Source of the DNA: the human T2T-CHM13v2.0 reference genome, Homo sapiens | Strand: one strand, 5' to 3' | DNA length: 64,000 bases | Assembly (NCBI RefSeq): GCF_009914755.1 | Contig: NC_060940.1 | The notes under the pieces: generated by a model | What the model saw: the letters and a program-made list of their open reading frames with translations, nothing else | The model's database searches: none | Told to the model about the DNA's origin: nothing | Shown here: positions 58,387-64,000 of the stretch, piece after piece | Numbering within the stretch: the first letter of the stretch is position 1 | Layout of the letters: each line of letters opens with the position of its first letter | Program-made: the position numbers and the translations under genes

Positions 58387-58563
<177 letters not shown>

Positions 58564-59068
58564 CTAGATAAGGCCTGGTTGCAATCAGGGAGTGCGGGCA
58601 ACTGATTTCTTTGAAGCCTCCTCTTGTTCTGTTTCCGTGACATTGACAGGGACCAGCTCCCATGGTTCAGGAGCTGCTGAGGGTTAACATCCTGTCCCAG
58701 GAGGGATCTGACCACACCAATGGCTTTATCGTTGCCTAATTGGGGAGGCCCTGTGGGGGATGTTTCAAGGACTGAGAGTGCAGAGGAGCCTCCCGCATGC
58801 AGTTACGCTGATGGAAACACAATGGGTGGATTGCCACAGGGGCCCGCAGGCTCGCTGGCAAACAGAGCGCACAGGTGGAAACCTTCCCCGCTGACCAGAT
58901 ACTTTGTTTCCTTTCTGGGGAGGCAGATAAAACAGTTACCATAACCCAAACCCTGCCCACTCTTCATTTGCAAACTGCAATGCTCTTAGACATCTTCCTT
59001 AGGTAAGCGCTTTGAGAGCTCCTGTTCATTTCAGGACTAAAATGAACAATAATAGCGACCGTCCTTCA

Positions 59069-59224
<156 letters not shown>

Positions 59225-59770
59225 CTAAAACAAAGAAAAAGGAAAAAGTAACTCCTGGTGAATTTCCACCTTAGAACAAGAGTGGGAGGTGTCCTATTCA
59301 TGATCTTTAATGCTTTGCTCAAATATCACCTTCTCTGTGAGGCCTACCCTGACCACTCTGCTTAAAATTGCAACCCTCCACCACCTCCACCCCGCATCGC
59401 AAGTTCTCGTCACAGCCTTTCTCACCTGCTACCCACTCCATGATTTACTTATTAAGTATGTTTGTTAGGCCGTGTGCAGTGGCTCATGCCTATAATCCCA
59501 GCACTTTGGGAGGCTGAAGCAGGTGGATTACCTGAGGTCAGGAGTTCAATACCAGCCTGGCCAACGTGGCGAAACCCCATCTTTACAAAAATACAAAAAA
59601 GTTAGCCAGGTGTGGTGGTGCGTGCCTGTAGCCCAGCTACTCGGGAGGCTGAGGCAGGGGATTTGCTTGAACCTGGGAGGGAAGGTTGTAGTGAGCTGAG
59701 ATTGCACCATCGTACTCCAGCCTGGGCGGTAGAGCAAGACTCTGTTTCAAAAAAAAAAAAGTATTGCTAA

Positions 59771-60190
<420 letters not shown>

Positions 60191-60576
60191 TAGCCATTCT
60201 CCTGCCTCAAGCCTCCCAAGTAGCTGGGATTATAGGCACCCACCACTATGCCTGGCTACATTTTGTAGTTTTTTTTTTTTTCTTTTTGAGACGGAGTTTT
60301 GCTCTTGCTTCCCAGGCTGTAGTGCAATGGCGCCATCTCTGCTCACCACAACCTCCGCTTCCCAGATTCAGGTAATCCTCCTGCCTCAGCCTCCCGAATA
60401 GCTGGGATTACAGGTATGCGCCACCACGCCCAGCTAATTTTGTGTTTTTAGTAGAGATGGGGTTTCTCCATGTTGGTCAGGCTGAACAACCGACCTCAGG
60501 TGATCTGCCCGCCTCAGCCTCCCAAAGTGCTGGAATTACAGGTGTGAGCCACCACGCCTGGGTCTACTTTTTGTAG

Positions 60577-60705
<129 letters not shown>

Positions 60706-60866
60706 TAGTCTAAATTTTAATAAATACTGCCAAATAACACTTTCAAAAGAGTATCCATTCATACTCCCACCAATGGTACATAAAAAGTCTCAATAACAAT
60801 TGGTAAAATTGGTTTGGTGGGGAATTCAACTCTACACTGCTGAGCTGCTGCTATTTGCAACCATAG

Positions 60867-61049
<183 letters not shown>

Positions 61050-61392
61050 TAGTAGAGACGGGGTTTCACCATGTTGGCCAGGATGGTCTCGAATTCCCGA
61101 CCTCAGGTGATCTGCCCGCCTTGGCTTCCCAAAGTGCTGGGATTACAGGCGTGAGCCACCGTGCTGGGCCCTGCAAACATAGAATCTTAGAGTTGAAAGG
61201 GACATAAAAATCCATCGAATTCTTGTCCAACTCCCCTCCCAAGGCAGCAATCCCCTGCAATACAGCCTTGTTTACAACGCTGTTGTCTGTGACTGGGGTC
61301 AAACTCCACATCTTTGATCTTAAGAATAAACCACCACTGACAGTGGGCTTATCACATCCAGTAAGTTTGTTATATCACTGGGCCAAAATCTA

Positions 61393-61728
<336 letters not shown>

Positions 61729-62404
61729 CTACCTTTCCTGCAACACACCCCACCTATCCTAGCTCAGCTCTGGGAAGTAACACAAAAGAGCTAATCCTTT
61801 TCCACATGACAGCCCTTAAAATATTTGAAGACTGTATCACATTTCCCCAGAGCCTTCTTTTTGTGGGGTACAACTTCCCAGTTGTGACCAAACACGTCCC
61901 TTCCATAGGAAAGTGCTGACTGGAGTCTCTTCAGCTGAGTGGCCCAGCATAAGAGCTTTAGAGTCACTAGGCTTGGGTTCAAGGCCATGTTCCCACCCCT
62001 TCCAGCCACCTGACCTGGGCTAAATCACTTCTCAGACTAGTTTCCTCCCTTGGATAAACTGCATAGCAATAATACCCATGTCATAGGGTTGCTGGTTTGG
62101 CCACATTATGATTTTTTTTCTTTTTGAGACAGAGTTTTGCTCTTATTGCCCAGGCTGGAGTACAGTGGCACAGTCTTGGTTCACTACAACCTCCGCCTCC
62201 TGGGTTCAACTGATTTTTCCTGCTTCAGCCTCCCGAGTAGCTGGGATTACAGGCACCTGCCACCATGCCCAGCTAATTTTTTGTATTTTTAGTAGAGTCG
62301 GGGTTTCACCATGTTGGCCAGGCTGGTCTCGAACTCCTGACCTCAGGTGGTCCACCCGCCTTGGTCTCCCAAAGTGCTGGGATTACAAGTGTGCGCCACT
62401 GCTG

Positions 62405-62438
<34 letters not shown>

Positions 62439-63223
62439 AGACAGAGTCTTACTCTGTCACCCAGGCTGAAGTGCAGTGGCATGATCTCGGCTCACTGCAA
62501 CCTCCGCTTCCCAGGTTCAGGTGATTCTCTTGCCTCAGCCTCCTGGTAGCTAGGACTACAGACACCCGGCACCACACTCAGTCACATGGATTTTTTTGGT
62601 GGGTTCCTTCCTCCATAAGAAAAAAAGTGTTTTAAATCATATTTTATGACTGTGTTAGTATAAGGATGAATATAACAAGGCCTGGTGCAGTGGCTCATGC
62701 CTGAAATCCCAGCACTTTGGGAGGCCAAAGTGGGAGAATTACTTCATCCCAAGAGTTCAAGAACAGCCTGGGCAACATGGCAAGACCCTTTCTCTACAAA
62801 AAATAAAAAATATAAAAATTAGCCGGAAGTGGTGGCATGTACCTGTGGTCCCAGCTCCTCGGGAGGCTGAGGTGGGAAGACTGCCTGAGCCCAGGGGGTC
62901 AAGGCTGCAGTGAGCCATGATTGTGCCACTGCACTCCAGCCTGGGCGCCAGAGCTCCTGCTCAAAAATACCAAAAACTAAAAACTAAAAATAATATATAT
63001 ATGTAATAAAGGCAGGGTTATGTTTATTTTTTCTTCTGATTTTAAAAGAAGTAAAACATTTTCATGGGGCCCTAAAAGTATTGTGGGCCTTAGGCATCAT
63101 GCCTTCTGTAAGTTCATAGGCCCTGGCTGCTGGAAGGAGTAAAAAAGAAAAAACATGCCAAATATGTAAAGTGCTTAGCGCAGCACTGGGCCTGGCTCTT
63201 TGTAACTTAATAAATGGTGATCA

Positions 63224-63646
<423 letters not shown>

Positions 63647-64000
63647 CTAGCACAATCTCGACTCACTGAAACCTCTGCCTCCCGGGTTCAAGTGATTCTC
63701 CTGCCTCACCCTCCTGAGTAGCGGGGATTACAGGTGCATGCCACCATGCCCGGCTAATTTTTTGTATTTTTAGTAGAGACATGGTTTCACCATATTGGCC
63801 AGGCTGCTCTTGAACTCCTGACCTCAGTTGATCTGCCCACCTTGACCTCCCAAAATGGTGGGATTACAGGCATGGGCCACCACACCTGGCCTGCAGAACT
63901 TTCTTTATTGGCATGCATTGGGACTTGCAGACTCAGCTTCAGCTGAATGTAAGGAACAGTTCCTGGGTCCATGTTTTCTCACTGTGTTCACAGAGTCTTG

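Overview
Primate (almost certainly human) genomic DNA with very high Alu density. The left third holds the complete coding sequence of CEP20 (FOPNL/FOR20) on the minus strand. Five exons reconstructed by hand (28+198+85+137+77 = 525 nt) give a 174-aa LisH-domain centrosomal protein with canonical GT-AG introns, driven by a CpG-rich TATA-less promoter at about 21.3-21.8 kb. From recall this is 16p13.11 between MYH11 and ABCC1; neither neighbour is visible here. The remaining ~42 kb is intergenic and mostly Alu, L1, LTR (MER21/MER4-like, MLT1, THE1), MIR/L2 and simple repeats. Almost every ORF in the supplied track is an Alu or microsatellite artefact. I see no new protein-coding system. The unexplained structure is a cluster of rearrangement scars at 31.9-40.7 kb: a 266-bp inverted duplication with signs of arm-to-arm conversion, a perfect 45-bp templated insertion inside an Alu, and an Alu flanked by a ~153-bp direct repeat. 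Also notable are an internally deleted L1PA retaining its promoter, a U6-pseudogene/AluY nest, a hairpin-containing tandem repeat, and a perfect NRF2-type ARE in CEP20 intron 3. Repeat subfamily names come from memory of consensus sequences, not from a database search.
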